A stretch of DNA of 64,000 bases from Hyphomicrobiales bacterium. Lineage in GTDB: Bacteria > Pseudomonadota > Alphaproteobacteria > Rhizobiales > Beijerinckiaceae. Below are positions 40,899-53,002 of the stretch, in pieces (positions within the stretch are counted from its first letter, which is position 1; every line of letters begins with the position of its first letter). The position numbers were made by a program, and so were the translations under genes. A model generated the notes under the pieces. That model made no database searches. It was not told the DNA's origin and worked only from the letters and a program-made list of their open reading frames with translations. Where the stretch lies: NCBI GenBank assembly GCA_025351165.1, contig JANXWK010000031.1, positions 3,198-67,197 of the forward strand. Reading direction: 5' to 3'.

Positions 40899-40922
40899 TT
40901 TATTCATAAAAGAGATATTTTA

Positions 40923-41459
40923 ATGAACTACGACAAAATCAAAATTGGTAAAAACCCGCCTCATGAAGTCAACGTGATTATTGAGGTGCAGATTGGTGGT
41001 GAGCCAATCAAATATGAAATGGACAAGGATTCGGGTCTTCTGGTTGTGGATCGCTTTCTTTACACACCAATGCGCTACCCTGGCAATTATGGCTTTATCC
41101 CCAATACGCTCTCGTTGGACGGCGATCCTTGCGATGTGCTGGTTGCCAATACACGCCCGCTCATTCCTGGTTCCATGATTGCTGTACGCCCTGTTGGTGT
41201 GCTGAAAATGGAAGATGAGGGCGGCGGGGATGAAAAAATCATTGCTGTGCCAGTGTCAAAACTTACAAAACGCTATGACCATATTAAAAACTATACAGAT
41301 TTTCCAGAAATCACATGGAAACAGATTGAGCATTTCTTTGTTCATTATAAGGATCTTGAGCCAAATAAATGGGTCAAATTATCTGGTTGGGGCGATGAAG
41401 CTGAAGCAAGAAAGATGATCCTAGAAGCTATTGAGCGCGCTCAGCAGGCCAAAAAATAA
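40923..41459 (+). CDS. ppa: inorganic pyrophosphatase (family I)
   Basis: [19 protein letters not shown]...[23 protein letters not shown]...[12 protein letters not shown] are family I PPase motifs. Confidence 0.95.
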   Translation: MNYDKIKIGKNPPHEVNVIIEVQIGGEPIKYEMDKDSGLLVVDRFLYTPMRYPGNYGFIPNTLSLDGDPCDVLVANTRPLIPGSMIAVRPVGVLKMEDEGGGDEKIIAVPVSKLTKRYDHIKNYTDFPEITWKQIEHFFVHYKDLEPNKWVKLSGWGDEAEARKMILEAIERAQQAKK

Positions 41460-41462
41460 TTT

Positions 41463-41945
41463 CTATATTCTATGATACGGGTGGTTGCTTAAAATGGTTG
41501 CTGCCCGATAAAGCTGCTCCATCAGCAATACACGCACAAGCTGGTGCGGAATGGTCATGGCCCCAAAGGATAACACCAGATCAGCACGCGACCTGATACT
41601 GGGGTCAAAACCATCTGGGCCACCAATTAAAAATGAAATATCTGCACGACCTGCATCACGTTGTTTGGCTAGAATATGTGCAAATTTTGGGCTTACAAGG
41701 TGTTTACCACGCTCATCAAAAGCAATTACAAATGTTTTGTCGTCAAAACTTGAAGTGAAAAATTTAAGTTCTTCAGCTTGCCGCTCTTCGCACCGCCGTA
41801 ATTGACTTTCAGTATTTTCTAGCATCCGCGGTGTTTCAAAGTTTAGCCCGCGCGCCAGCTGTGAAAAACGGTTCAGATATCTCTCAACCAGCTCTCGTTC
41901 AGGGCCGGATTTAAGTTTTCCAACACTTGCAATGCTGAACCTCAC
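41463..41945 (-). CDS. rlmH: 23S rRNA (pseudouridine1915-N3)-methyltransferase
   Basis: 160 aa of the SPOUT family. LIGGPDGF...LSFGAMTIPHQLVRVLLMEQLYRA. Confidence 0.9.
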   Translation of the reverse strand: MRFSIASVGKLKSGPERELVERYLNRFSQLARGLNFETPRMLENTESQLRRCEERQAEELKFFTSSFDDKTFVIAFDERGKHLVSPKFAHILAKQRDAGRADISFLIGGPDGFDPSIRSRADLVLSFGAMTIPHQLVRVLLMEQLYRAATILSNHPYHRI

Positions 41946-41950
41946 TCAAA

Positions 41951-42385
41951 TTAGTCTTCAGTAATTTCATGTGGGCGATCAGTTCCCCACATTTTTTCCA
42001 GGTTATAGAATTCACGCACTTCTGGACGAAATACATGGATAATCACATCCCCTGCATCAATGAGAACCCAGTCACATTGTGGAACGCCCTCAACGCGGGG
42101 GACATCCTGCCCTTTTTCTTTAAGTGTTTGCACAAGATGATCTGCAATCGCACCTACATGACGGTCAGACCGACCAGAAGCAATAAACATTACATCCGCT
42201 ATGGAGGTTTTACCAAGCAGGTTGATTTCTAAAATGTTTTCTGCTTTTGAATCATCAAGCGTTTTCGTAATTAAATCAACAAGTGCTTGATTAATTTCAA
42301 TTTTTTCAACGCGAACCTCGTTTTTAGCCTTGGCTTTAACACTACGTTTTTTTAGCTCATTTGATGCGAGGGAGGAATTTGTCAG
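41951..42385 (-). CDS. rsfS: ribosome silencing factor RsfS (5' end uncertain, no canonical start codon)
   Basis: The ORF track starts at ATG 42190, but the conserved RsfS core (...ALVDLITKTLDDSKAENILEINLLGKTSIADVMFIASGRSDRHVGAIADHL...) continues in frame upstream to a TGA at 42401-42403. That stretch has no ATG, GTG or TTG. CTG at 42385 is the first near-cognate candidate. Confidence 0.7.
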   Translation of the reverse strand: MTNSSLASNELKKRSVKAKAKNEVRVEKIEINQALVDLITKTLDDSKAENILEINLLGKTSIADVMFIASGRSDRHVGAIADHLVQTLKEKGQDVPRVEGVPQCDWVLIDAGDVIIHVFRPEVREFYNLEKMWGTDRPHEITED

Positions 42386-42499
42386 TGTCTTGTACCTTTT
42401 TCAGTGTCTTATGCCTTGATTTAAAAAATTATGCTGCTGTTACAATATCAAAAACAATAGCAAATAGCTACTAAAGAGTATGTAAATATGCTTCCCATT

Positions 42500-43111
42500 T
42501 CAGGGACTCAAAAAGCTTCGCAATTTTGTGGATGACAGGTTTGACCGTTGAGCATGTATCAATACCCAGGCTGGTGCTCTAGAGTAAGCCAACACAGAGA
42601 CATCGCGTTCCTTGATTTTATGTTTTTTTAAACTCAGCGCCGCTTTTGAAGAGCATGCTTTTAAAGTGGAGCCTGGTCTATCAATCACTGCAAATGGTAT
42701 AATCTTTGCAATATTTTGCCAGTTTTGCCAATTATGAAATGATTTTAGATTATCAGCACCCATGAGCCATATGAATTTTACATGTGAGCAGCATTTTTTA
42801 AGATACAAGATTGTATCGTATGTGTAACGCGTGTTTATCTGGCTTTCAAATCCCGTTATTTTTATACGCGGATGATTGGCAATTTTTTGCGCTGTACTCA
42901 TGCGGATGCTTTGTGATGGCAAAGCTTTGTTATCTTTTAATGGATTGCCAGGTGTTACAAGCCACCATACGTAATCAAGTTTTAGACGCTTAAGTGCAAT
43001 GGTGGAAATAAGTCTGTGGCCTGCGTGAGCCGGATTGAATGAGCCACCAAGCAAACCAATGGTTATGTTTTTTGCATGGGGGGGCAGTTTTGGGGGCAGC
43101 TTTGCAATCAA
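42500..43111 (-). CDS. nadD: nicotinate-nucleotide adenylyltransferase
   Basis: [15 protein letters not shown] (the (H/T)xGH motif) and SSTKLR at the C-terminus. It overlaps the proA stop by 4 nt. Confidence 0.88.
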   Translation of the reverse strand: MIAKLPPKLPPHAKNITIGLLGGSFNPAHAGHRLISTIALKRLKLDYVWWLVTPGNPLKDNKALPSQSIRMSTAQKIANHPRIKITGFESQINTRYTYDTILYLKKCCSHVKFIWLMGADNLKSFHNWQNWQNIAKIIPFAVIDRPGSTLKACSSKAALSLKKHKIKERDVSVLAYSRAPAWVLIHAQRSNLSSTKLRSFLSP

Positions 43112-44393
43112 GGACGAATTGTCCCTTCCCCTCGCACTTTATATTTAAATGAGGTAAGCTGCTCCAATCCAACAGGCCCTCTTGCGTGCATACGTCCAGT
43201 TGCTATGCCAATTTCAGCGCCAAAGCCAAATTCCCCACCATCTGCAAATTGTGTAGAGGCATTATGTAAAACAATCGCTGAGTCTACTTCGTTGAGAAAG
43301 CGTGTGGTTATGACTTCATTTTCAGACATGATTGCATCTGTGTGATGAGAGCCAAAAGTTTCAATATGCTCCAGAGCTTCATCCAGACCCAAAACAAGTT
43401 TTATGGAAATAATCGCATCCCCATATTCAGTTGACCAATCTATATGGGTTGCTGGTTTTACACGTGCGTCAAGCTTTTGTATTTCGCTACACCCCCGTAT
43501 TTCACAGCCAGCCTTAAACAAGGCATTTATAATGGGCAAGCCATGAGAGGATGCAACACTGTGATCAACCAGCAGGGTTTCCACAGCACCGCATACACCT
43601 GTACGTCGCAGTTTTGCATTTATAATTACTTTAAGCGATTTTTCTAAATCGGCACTTTTATCAACATAAATATGGTTTATGCCATCAAGATGAGCAAAAA
43701 CTGGCACACGCGCCTCAGATTGCACACGGGCAACCAAACCTTTGCCGCCACGTGGCACAATAACATCTATTGCTCCATCAAGCCCTGCCAGCATGTGGCC
43801 AACGGCTGCGCGATCAATTGTGGGCACAATCTGCACAGCATGTTCTGGCAGGCCAGCACTCTTTAAACCCTGTACTAACGCGGCATGAATGACCATGGCA
43901 CTTTTAAGCGAATCTGAACCTGCCCGCAGAATAACAGCATTGCCAGATTTCAGGCATAGCCCACCAGCATCGGCTGTTACATTAGGACGGCTTTCAAAAA
44001 TAATTCCAATCACGCCAATGGGAGTAGCAACGCGCTCAAACTTTAGGCCATTTGGCTGTTGCCACTTGGCAAGTTCACGCCCAACAGGATCAGGCAATCT
44101 GGCAATATCTTCAAGGCTTGAAGCTATTGCTTCAATGCGTTTCTCATCCAGCATCAAACGATCAATATAGGCTGCATTTGCACCATTAGCTTTAGCCTGG
44201 TTGATATCTTGAAGATTAGCAGTAATCAATTCAGCATTGTTTTGGCGCAAAGCAGATGCCGCAGCATTAAGGGCGCTATTTTTTACATTTGCTGAAGCAA
44301 GCGCCAGGTAACGGGCGGCGGAGCGCGCGCACTTTCCCATTTCCAGCATTTGCTGTTCTAGACTGTTGAAGGATTGCAAAACGACACTCATGT

Positions 44394-44397
<4 letters not shown>
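43108..44397 (-). CDS. proA: glutamate-5-semialdehyde dehydrogenase
   Basis: 429 aa. [15 protein letters not shown]...LRAGSDSL...[14 protein letters not shown]. Confidence 0.95.
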
Positions 44398-46573
<2,176 letters not shown>

Positions 46574-46640
46574 TCATAATCAGTGCGTATGACAATTACT
46601 TTTTATAATTTTGTCTTATGGTGCAATTGAAAATACTGCA

Positions 46641-46672
46641 AGAAAGTTAGTTAAAAAGAAAGTTAGTTAAAC
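46641..46672. repeat. 16-bp x2 tandem duplication (agaaagttagttaaaa/c), intergenic
   Basis: Read directly. It lies between obg and the GNAT gene, next to the putative terminator. Confidence 0.9.
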
Positions 46673-46700
46673 AAAAAAGCCGGCCTATTACGAGCCAGCT
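46673..46700 (-). terminator. putative rho-independent terminator after the GNAT gene
   Basis: The minus strand reads agctggc-tcgtaatag-gccggct followed by tttttt. This is a 7-bp stem with one G:U pair. Confidence 0.4.
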
Positions 46701-46738
46701 TTAAAATGGTTTAAGTGTATTTAATTGTTTAAGTGTAT

Positions 46739-47416
46739 CTATAAGTGCATATTATTGGTTGTAAGCCGTTGCTCCGCCAAAACCCCAGCGTCAAGTGCAT
46801 TAATTCCAATGTCTATTACAAGGGCTTCAACCACAGGTTCTTTCCATCCCTTAAGTGTATTCCATCGACTACGTGTCAACACATATTTGTCACTCAACGT
46901 TTTTCCCCCGCGTGCAGGCATGTCCTGAATACCAGAACCTTCTTGAGTAAAACCAGATTTAACTAATACACGACATGAAGATTCGTTGAAAATTCTTACA
47001 TGTGCAGTAGTTTGGCTTGCATCACTTAACGTAAATACCGCATCCATTAACGCTTGAACAGACTCAGTAGCATAGCCTTGACCATGGTAATCTGCATCAA
47101 GTGCATAACCTATATTGAAGGTTTGCGCTAAATTGAAACTGCCACCTACCAAGCCTATGACTTCATCGGGCTCCCCCTTGAGCGTCATAACAAGCTGAAG
47201 TCCATTGCCAAGTGAATTAAACTTGCGCATTTCAAAAATACGGCGCTCGACTTCCCCATCTAAGAGTGGGTAAGGCCAAGTGGCGGTCATTTCTGCTACA
47301 TGTTTCACACTCATCATGCGCTGAATCGCCTCTGCATCGTTAATGCATGCCCAGCGCAACCAAAGACGATTGGTTTCAATGCGAAAAACATCATCGCGAG
47401 TGAGTTCAGGAAACAT
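46739..47416 (-). CDS. GNAT-family N-acetyltransferase (RimJ/RimL-like)
   Basis: 225 aa. TNRLWLRWACINDAEA..., IGYALDADYHGQGYATES and RVLVKSGF are typical of the Acetyltransf_3 type. Confidence 0.75.
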   Translation of the reverse strand: MFPELTRDDVFRIETNRLWLRWACINDAEAIQRMMSVKHVAEMTATWPYPLLDGEVERRIFEMRKFNSLGNGLQLVMTLKGEPDEVIGLVGGSFNLAQTFNIGYALDADYHGQGYATESVQALMDAVFTLSDASQTTAHVRIFNESSCRVLVKSGFTQEGSGIQDMPARGGKTLSDKYVLTRSRWNTLKGWKEPVVEALVIDIGINALDAGVLAEQRLTTNNMHL

Positions 47417-47483
47417 AATCTTTCTCCGTTCAACTTAGTCTTATACTGGAAGCTGCCAGTCAATTAGCAGCTCCTCGTGACCC

Positions 47484-47519
47484 AAAAATGACGAAAGGGA
47501 AGTTGGTGACCAACCTCCC
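47484..47519 (-). terminator. rho-independent terminator downstream of rpmA
   Basis: gggaagttgg-tga-ccaacctccc (47497-47519) is a 10-bp stem with one mismatch. On the minus strand it is followed by tttcgtcattttt. Confidence 0.5.
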
Positions 47520-47646
47520 GTAAAGATTTTTCTGTTCCAATTTAAAATGAGTGCCATTTAAAATTTAATGGCATTTTCAAAAAGAGACTTAAATAATCCG
47601 CCAGAAGGTTTTTCAACCAGCGGAGCCTTATCGTCTCTCCGCTATT

Positions 47647-47931
47647 TTATTCCGCTGCTATTTGCATTGGAGCTGTTTGAGTTGGTAGAACTGCCACAAA
47701 TGTTCGGCCATTTGCTTTTTTCTGAAATTCGACTTTACCTTCCACCAGCGCGAAAAGAGTATGGTCTTTACCCATCCCGACATTAACGCCAGGATGCCAA
47801 GTAGTTCCACGTTGACGAATAATAATATTTCCTGGAATGACGGATTCAGAGCCGAATTTTTTTACGCCAAGACGTCGGCCAGCGGAGTCGCGGCCGTTTC
47901 TGGAGGATCCGCCTGCTTTTTTGGTTGCCAT
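47647..47931 (-). CDS. rpmA: 50S ribosomal protein L27
   Basis: [27 protein letters not shown]...[10 protein letters not shown]. Confidence 0.95.
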   Translation of the reverse strand: MATKKAGGSSRNGRDSAGRRLGVKKFGSESVIPGNIIIRQRGTTWHPGVNVGMGKDHTLFALVEGKVEFQKKANGRTFVAVLPTQTAPMQIAAE

Positions 47932-48043
47932 GAGCCTATGCTCCTTAAAATTTTTCTATAATAGAGATGCGCTCTATTACCTGATGTCTAGCAGCCAAAC
48001 TATTTTGGCTACAGGGTTAATTGGTACATACCTGCTGTTAAGC

Positions 48044-48355
48044 TTAGGCAGCGTTTATCCCAGTAATGCGTACAATGGTCAGATGCTGACGGTGACCCTT
48101 TTTGCGCTTCGAATTCTGACGACGGCGCTTTTTGAATGAAATTGTTTTTGGCCCTCTAGTCTGTTCAACAATTTCTGCTGAAACAGAAGCACCAGCAACA
48201 AGCGGCGCGCCCACAACAATCTGATCTCCACCAAGCATTAGCACAGTATCGAGCGTTATGACCTGGCCGGCAACACCGTCCAACATCTCTATTTTAATGA
48301 CGTCATTCGCAGCAACTTTGTACTGCTTACCGCCAGTCTTAATGACTGCAAACAT
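48044..48355 (-). CDS. rplU: 50S ribosomal protein L21
   Basis: [23 protein letters not shown]...[16 protein letters not shown]. Confidence 0.95.
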   Translation of the reverse strand: MFAVIKTGGKQYKVAANDVIKIEMLDGVAGQVITLDTVLMLGGDQIVVGAPLVAGASVSAEIVEQTRGPKTISFKKRRRQNSKRKKGHRQHLTIVRITGINAA

Positions 48356-48608
48356 TTATAAATCTCTCTTATAGCGAGGTTATTGGTCAATCTCTGAGTG
48401 TATGTACTCTGGATTGTCTTCTTGTCAGCATGAAATGCATCAAGGCCAGCTGTTATATGCCCAAACACAAATGCGCGGCTGATATGCCACGCAATATGCC
48501 CATAAAAGATATTGGGCGCCCTTTGTCAAGCTCTGTATAAAATTTTTTGATATATCTTGTGGCCCTGCATCTCGACTTTGAGCCATTATGCTTTAAACAC
48601 AGTCTAAC

Positions 48609-48698
48609 GGAGAGGTGGCAGAGTGGCTGAATGCACCGCACTCGAAATGCGGCATGGGCGCAAGTTCATCGGGGGTTCAAATCCCTCCCTCTCCGCCA
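48609..48698 (+). tRNA. tRNA-Ser (anticodon CGA), CCA encoded
   Basis: The acceptor stem ggagagg pairs with cctctcc, followed by discriminator g and cca. The anticodon arm is ccgca-CTCGAAA-tgcgg, giving anticodon CGA. It has a long variable arm (catgggcgcaagttcatcg) and a T-arm gggggttcaaatccctcc. Confidence 0.9.
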
Positions 48699-49092
48699 GA
48701 TTTCAAAGCATATGATATGCTTCGCAGCCTATAAGATTGCATCAGTTAAATCTTAGACGTTTTACACGCCCTAAAATATACATGCCTAAAATGTATACAC
48801 CTGAATGTGCCAAAGGATAAAATTTACTCATATCGTTTTTCAGCCCAGCTCCATGCAACAAAATTATTGATGCGCCAATTTGTCAATAACGCCTAAGTAA
48901 AAATTCTATATAAGGTCTATGTAGTTCTACTGCTTTTAAGATTTGTGAAAACAAGTTAAATTTAAAAGTACGGCGATTATTTATATAATCTGCTTTATCT
49001 AGTTTGAACTGAAATTAACATGGTTCTGTATTGCATTTATCATAATTTTTTTGTCTGCTATGTCTTTGTTTTTGAAAACTGCGTGAGAAAAT

Positions 49093-49893
49093 TTGGAAAC
49101 CTGCTGGATGTATAACTGCTGGATGTATAACGTGGCTGCACAAAAAGGGTCAGTTATACCGTTGCGCAGCGATTCAGGATTTGCAGCACTTTTACATTGG
49201 CAGGATGGCGTCGCCACACTTCGAGTCTCTGAAACTGTGGTAAACTCACACGCAGTAATTGATGAGCTGGAAGTGCTTGCCCGTCAACATACTGCACATC
49301 GGATTGAAACGCAGGGGAAATTTGCATCAAAAGGTGTGCCAGCGCAACTTTTAAAAGAACGTGGCTTTTACAGTAACGGGCCATCATCAATTCATTTTAA
49401 AGTTGAAGTTGCAAAGGCCAGAAGCCGCTTGAAACATCTTAAACAACGTCTTGGTGACCGCCAGATGACAATTATGAGCGTCAATGCTGATCATGTAGCG
49501 CTAATATCTCATATTGTTCATGACGAATTGATACTTGACAGTTTTGAACTGCAGGCTCGGCTTACGCATCAAGGCTATGGATCTATTCATAAAGATGAAT
49601 GCCCTGTGTTGGTTGATGGCAGTGATTTGGTAGGCTTTATTTTAACCAGTCGGTTTACTGATCCAGCTGAACGCGAGTTGATAGTCAGATGGGTTGCGCC
49701 GCACCATCGACGGGCGTCTCTTGTAAATCTTGCCCTGATGCTGGAGTGTCTTGACCGCGCTGCCGCCGCAGGTGTTGAGACAGCATATTTTTCTGCAAAC
49801 CCGCAGCGCCATAATGACACAATGCGTTTGGCTTACACGCTACAAGCGGAACAGTGCGGCGAAAGCCTGGCACTCATGCGCGATCTTGACTAA
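49093..49893 (+). CDS. hypothetical protein (possibly an acyl-CoA N-acyltransferase-like fold)
   Basis: 266-aa ORF with an uncertain start (TTG 49093; ATG 49108 or 49123; GTG 49132). The N-terminal region contains a perfect 15-bp x2 duplication. It is followed 44 nt later by an acyltransferase gene. I do not recognise clear motifs. Confidence 0.4.
   Translation: METCWMYNCWMYNVAAQKGSVIPLRSDSGFAALLHWQDGVATLRVSETVVNSHAVIDELEVLARQHTAHRIETQGKFASKGVPAQLLKERGFYSNGPSSIHFKVEVAKARSRLKHLKQRLGDRQMTIMSVNADHVALISHIVHDELILDSFELQARLTHQGYGSIHKDECPVLVDGSDLVGFILTSRFTDPAERELIVRWVAPHHRRASLVNLALMLECLDRAAAAGVETAYFSANPQRHNDTMRLAYTLQAEQCGESLALMRDLD
49101..49130. repeat. perfect 15-bp x2 tandem duplication (ctgctggatgtataa)
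   Basis: Read directly. It duplicates an in-frame ATG in the 5' region of ORF 49093..49893. Confidence 0.95.
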
Positions 49894-49936
49894 CTCAGTA
49901 AACCGAGCCCAGGTATGGCAATGCATTAAAGCGGTT

Positions 49937-50647
49937 ATGGCACACCATCCAATGGCTGCATTATTTGGTGTCGAAAGGCTAGCAAAATGGAGCGGTTTGA
50001 AAGACCTATGGCAAATTTATCGCGACATTCCCACTGCCTCACAAGATTTTGCACGTTATATGCTGTCTGGGCTGGGTATTAACTGGACAATAACCTACGG
50101 AAACATCGCATCTATTCCAGAGAGTGGATCATTACTTGTCGTAGCCAATCATCCAACAGGTGGTGTTGAAGGTTTAATTGCTGAGACCATGTTGAATGAA
50201 CGAAGAAGTGACTTACTTGTCTTTGGCAATCACATGACAAACCATATTCCAGAACTATCCCAACGCCTGATCAGCGTCGGCAGTGCAGGAGATGCACGCC
50301 GCGCCATGGTAACTGCCATAAGGCATTTGCAGGCTGGGGGTGCTATTTTGATGTTTCCTGCAGGAACAGTAGCCCATTGGCAAAGGAAACGTGGTTTTTC
50401 TGAAGCGCCATGGCATTCTTCGGCAGAACGCCTTGCACTATTAACACATACCCGTGTGCAGCCTTTGCAGTTTAAGGCTAAAACCACTTGGCGATGGCAG
50501 GTATTGTCTGCAATCAGCCGTAGCGCCAGAACCGCTTTACTGCCACATGAGTTGCTGGCGCAGCGCGGACAGACAGTGCAGGTTCATATTGGCCCAACAT
50601 TGACTGATCCAGTTGAAATCAAGGCTTATTTTCATAATTATTATTAG
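49937..50647 (+). CDS. lysophospholipid (PlsC-like) acyltransferase family protein
   Basis: The start is taken at ATG 49937, because the upstream part of the track ORF overlaps the previous gene. The NHPTGGVEG motif (H(x)4-acidic acyltransferase box) and FPAGTV motif are as in PlsC/OlsA-like enzymes. Confidence 0.6.
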   Translation: MAHHPMAALFGVERLAKWSGLKDLWQIYRDIPTASQDFARYMLSGLGINWTITYGNIASIPESGSLLVVANHPTGGVEGLIAETMLNERRSDLLVFGNHMTNHIPELSQRLISVGSAGDARRAMVTAIRHLQAGGAILMFPAGTVAHWQRKRGFSEAPWHSSAERLALLTHTRVQPLQFKAKTTWRWQVLSAISRSARTALLPHELLAQRGQTVQVHIGPTLTDPVEIKAYFHNYY

Positions 50648-50793
50648 TTTGTTTCATACATCTTATGCTTGTTGAACACACTGTGACATTGCCGATCATT
50701 TCGTTGAATGTAATAAATCTATACTGTAATTCAAGTCAAGCATCGTCGCTTGCACATGTAACAAGCCAAGCAATTTACAGCAAAGATGCAGGT

Positions 50794-51003
50794 ATGCCCA
50801 AAAGAACCTCACCTTCAGATGCAAATGCCGTTATTGATGCGGCGGATCTTGAAGATTTGGTGCATGACAAAAGAGAGGATTGGCGTGCCTCAAATTCAAA
50901 AGCTCGCAGACGAGATCGCCGATATAAAAATTTACTGACACGCCAACTTCAGAAGCTTGACCCAGGTAATTTAGCAACTGATGAAACTGATGAATTTGCT
51001 TAA
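50794..51003 (+). CDS. small basic hypothetical protein (69 aa)
   Basis: MPKRTSPSDANAVIDAADLEDLVHDKREDWRASNSKARRRDRRYKNLLTRQLQKLDPGNLATDETDEFA. The internal ATG is chosen because the upstream part of the track ORF looks non-coding. I do not recognise a family. Confidence 0.3.
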   Translation: MPKRTSPSDANAVIDAADLEDLVHDKREDWRASNSKARRRDRRYKNLLTRQLQKLDPGNLATDETDEFA

Positions 51004-51077
51004 ATCTATTTTCGGTGTTTAAAATCAAGGTGTATTGCCGTTTAGCGTGAATAATGGCATATTTTAAAATAATTAAA

Positions 51078-51782
51078 CTAAAATTGCCAGAATATTTCTG
51101 AGGTCTTTTCTGCTATTCGATTTGCCATAGCGCCACGTGAACCAAACTGGTATGAAAGCTGACTGGCATATGCACTGGCTGCAGCTATCTTGGCGTCAAT
51201 ATCAACCGCACTGAGTAACCTTGTTTCAGATGGGTTATTGGATTGGGTGGAGGTTTTATCTGCATAAGGCCAATCGCTCCACAGTTTGACACATGCCCTG
51301 TCCAGAAATCCATCTGTGATCATTGCAGCAATTACATCACGAACAACCCAGTGATCTACATGATTCCCGATTGCCGCTGGCGCAAACACAGCGGCAGGAC
51401 AAAGGCTTCTAACAAGATCAATAAGCTCAGGACGCAGGCTTATGCTTACAGTATCCTGTGTAAGACGAGGACAAAAAAGGGCAGCAGCAGTGTCATACCC
51501 ACGATGAGGAGCTTCCAGCAGCGGCAGATGGAGTGCATTTACGCCCAGAATACGGCATGCTTCCAGGTCCTCCTTGCGGCGAAGCGCCATATAGTCCACA
51601 TTTGCCGCAATCCCTTTATCAAGCTGGCACGAAAGGGCAAAGCCCAGGGGCTGAGCGACATTGCCTGTAAAACAGGTTGCAATGACCACTTTCCAGCCTT
51701 CTTTTGCATATTGATGCAACGTGCCGCCCGCAGAAAAAACTGCATCATCAAGATGGGGTGAAAGGGCAAGCAGTGTAGGCAT
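51078..51782 (-). CDS. PIG-L/LmbE-family N-acetylglucosaminyl deacetylase
   Basis: LLALSPHLDDAVFSAGG (PHxDD zinc motif) and GNHVDHWVV (HxDH). 234 aa. Its start overlaps the GT4 stop in TGATG. Confidence 0.8.
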   Translation of the reverse strand: MPTLLALSPHLDDAVFSAGGTLHQYAKEGWKVVIATCFTGNVAQPLGFALSCQLDKGIAANVDYMALRRKEDLEACRILGVNALHLPLLEAPHRGYDTAAALFCPRLTQDTVSISLRPELIDLVRSLCPAAVFAPAAIGNHVDHWVVRDVIAAMITDGFLDRACVKLWSDWPYADKTSTQSNNPSETRLLSAVDIDAKIAAASAYASQLSYQFGSRGAMANRIAEKTSEIFWQF

Positions 51783-53002
51783 CAGAGCAAATGAGGTTCA
51801 GCGCGAAAACGACAGGGATCTTGAGGCAATACAGTATCAAAGCTCAAATCAGGGGATGTTCCAGCAAGAGCTGTATAGACATTCATGATCTTATGACCCA
51901 CGATCTCCCAGCTATAGGTCGCTCGACATTCTTCAAGAGCGGCATGACCAAGATTTGTACGTAATTTATCGTCCACAATCAGACTACGCAGAGCAGAAGC
52001 TTGAGCAGGAATATCGCCAGCATCAACCAGAAGACTGTTCACCTCATGTCGTAGGCAATCTATAACCCCAACCGAACGACATGAGACGATTGCATGACCG
52101 TTTGCCATGGCTTCAAGAATTGTGTTTGAAAAGCCCTCCGCATAGGTTGGCGATGCAAAAATTTGGTGTGCTTGATAGATTGATGGCACATTGTTATAAT
52201 CTGCATAGCCAGAAAATGTAATACGGTTCTCAAGTCCTTTTTCAGCAGCAAGTGCGATGGCTGCATCCAGATCAGGGCCAATTCCAGATATGGTTGCCAT
52301 CCAGGATATATCTAGCAAAAGTGCAAGAGCTTCGATGAAATCCAGCACACCCTTACGGCGATCCACTCGTCCATGATAGAGGATACCAACAGGTTTTGTA
52401 TTTTTTTGTGGACATGGCCCCGCGGGTTTGAAATGCCGTGTATCGACCGCACCTGGAATAAGTGTGAAACGGCTCATTGGTGTGCCGAGCCGTTCATGTA
52501 CTTCTTTTGCAAAGCTGTTGCCTCCAATTAAGACTGCACCAGCATGATCAAGCACACGCTCCATCGCAAGGCGATGACATTTGCAACATGAGCCAACCCA
52601 GTGACCATCACCTCCTTGTATGGAAACTATATTGGGCACGCCTGTAATCTGTGATGCCAATATTGTTGCCCAACCAGTTGGATAGCCATACTGTGCATGG
52701 AGAATATCAAAAGGCTTATAGCTGTGTTCAGCGATAATTGTTTCAACTATTGTATTAATATCGGATTCAAAATCGCCATTTTCTTGCTCACCAATTTGTT
52801 CCAGCCCAATGACACGCACTCCATCCACGAGTGGTGGCGGGCCACCTCCATAAACTGATCGACCAAATTCATCGCCGCGATACTGGCTTATCATGGTCAC
52901 ATCATGACCAGCAGCCACAAGTTGCTTAAGTAAGTTAACTGCATAGATCGACATGCCAGAAATTGCAGGGAAATATCGCCGACTGATAAAACATATCCTC
53001 AT
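51782..53002 (-). CDS. GT4-family (GT-B) glycosyltransferase, MshA/BshA-like
   Basis: MRICFISRRYFPAISGMSIYAVNLLKQLVAAGHDV is a Glyco_trans_4-type N-terminus. The C-terminal EGFSNTILEAMANGHAIV is the E-x7-E motif. Confidence 0.85.
   Translation of the reverse strand: MRICFISRRYFPAISGMSIYAVNLLKQLVAAGHDVTMISQYRGDEFGRSVYGGGPPPLVDGVRVIGLEQIGEQENGDFESDINTIVETIIAEHSYKPFDILHAQYGYPTGWATILASQITGVPNIVSIQGGDGHWVGSCCKCHRLAMERVLDHAGAVLIGGNSFAKEVHERLGTPMSRFTLIPGAVDTRHFKPAGPCPQKNTKPVGILYHGRVDRRKGVLDFIEALALLLDISWMATISGIGPDLDAAIALAAEKGLENRITFSGYADYNNVPSIYQAHQIFASPTYAEGFSNTILEAMANGHAIVSCRSVGVIDCLRHEVNSLLVDAGDIPAQASALRSLIVDDKLRTNLGHAALEECRATYSWEIVGHKIMNVYTALAGTSPDLSFDTVLPQDPCRFRAEPHLL

Noticed and set aside
48453-48641. 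A 62-aa minus-strand ORF overlapping the 5' part of tRNA-Ser.
   Set aside because: It overlaps a canonical tRNA gene and the rplU upstream region. It is a chance ORF.
51243-51761. A 172-aa plus-strand ORF, and similar antisense ORFs within the operon (55648..56049+, 57030..57437+, 58669..59650+).
   Set aside because: Each is antisense to an ORF with clear family motifs. None has a recognisable domain.
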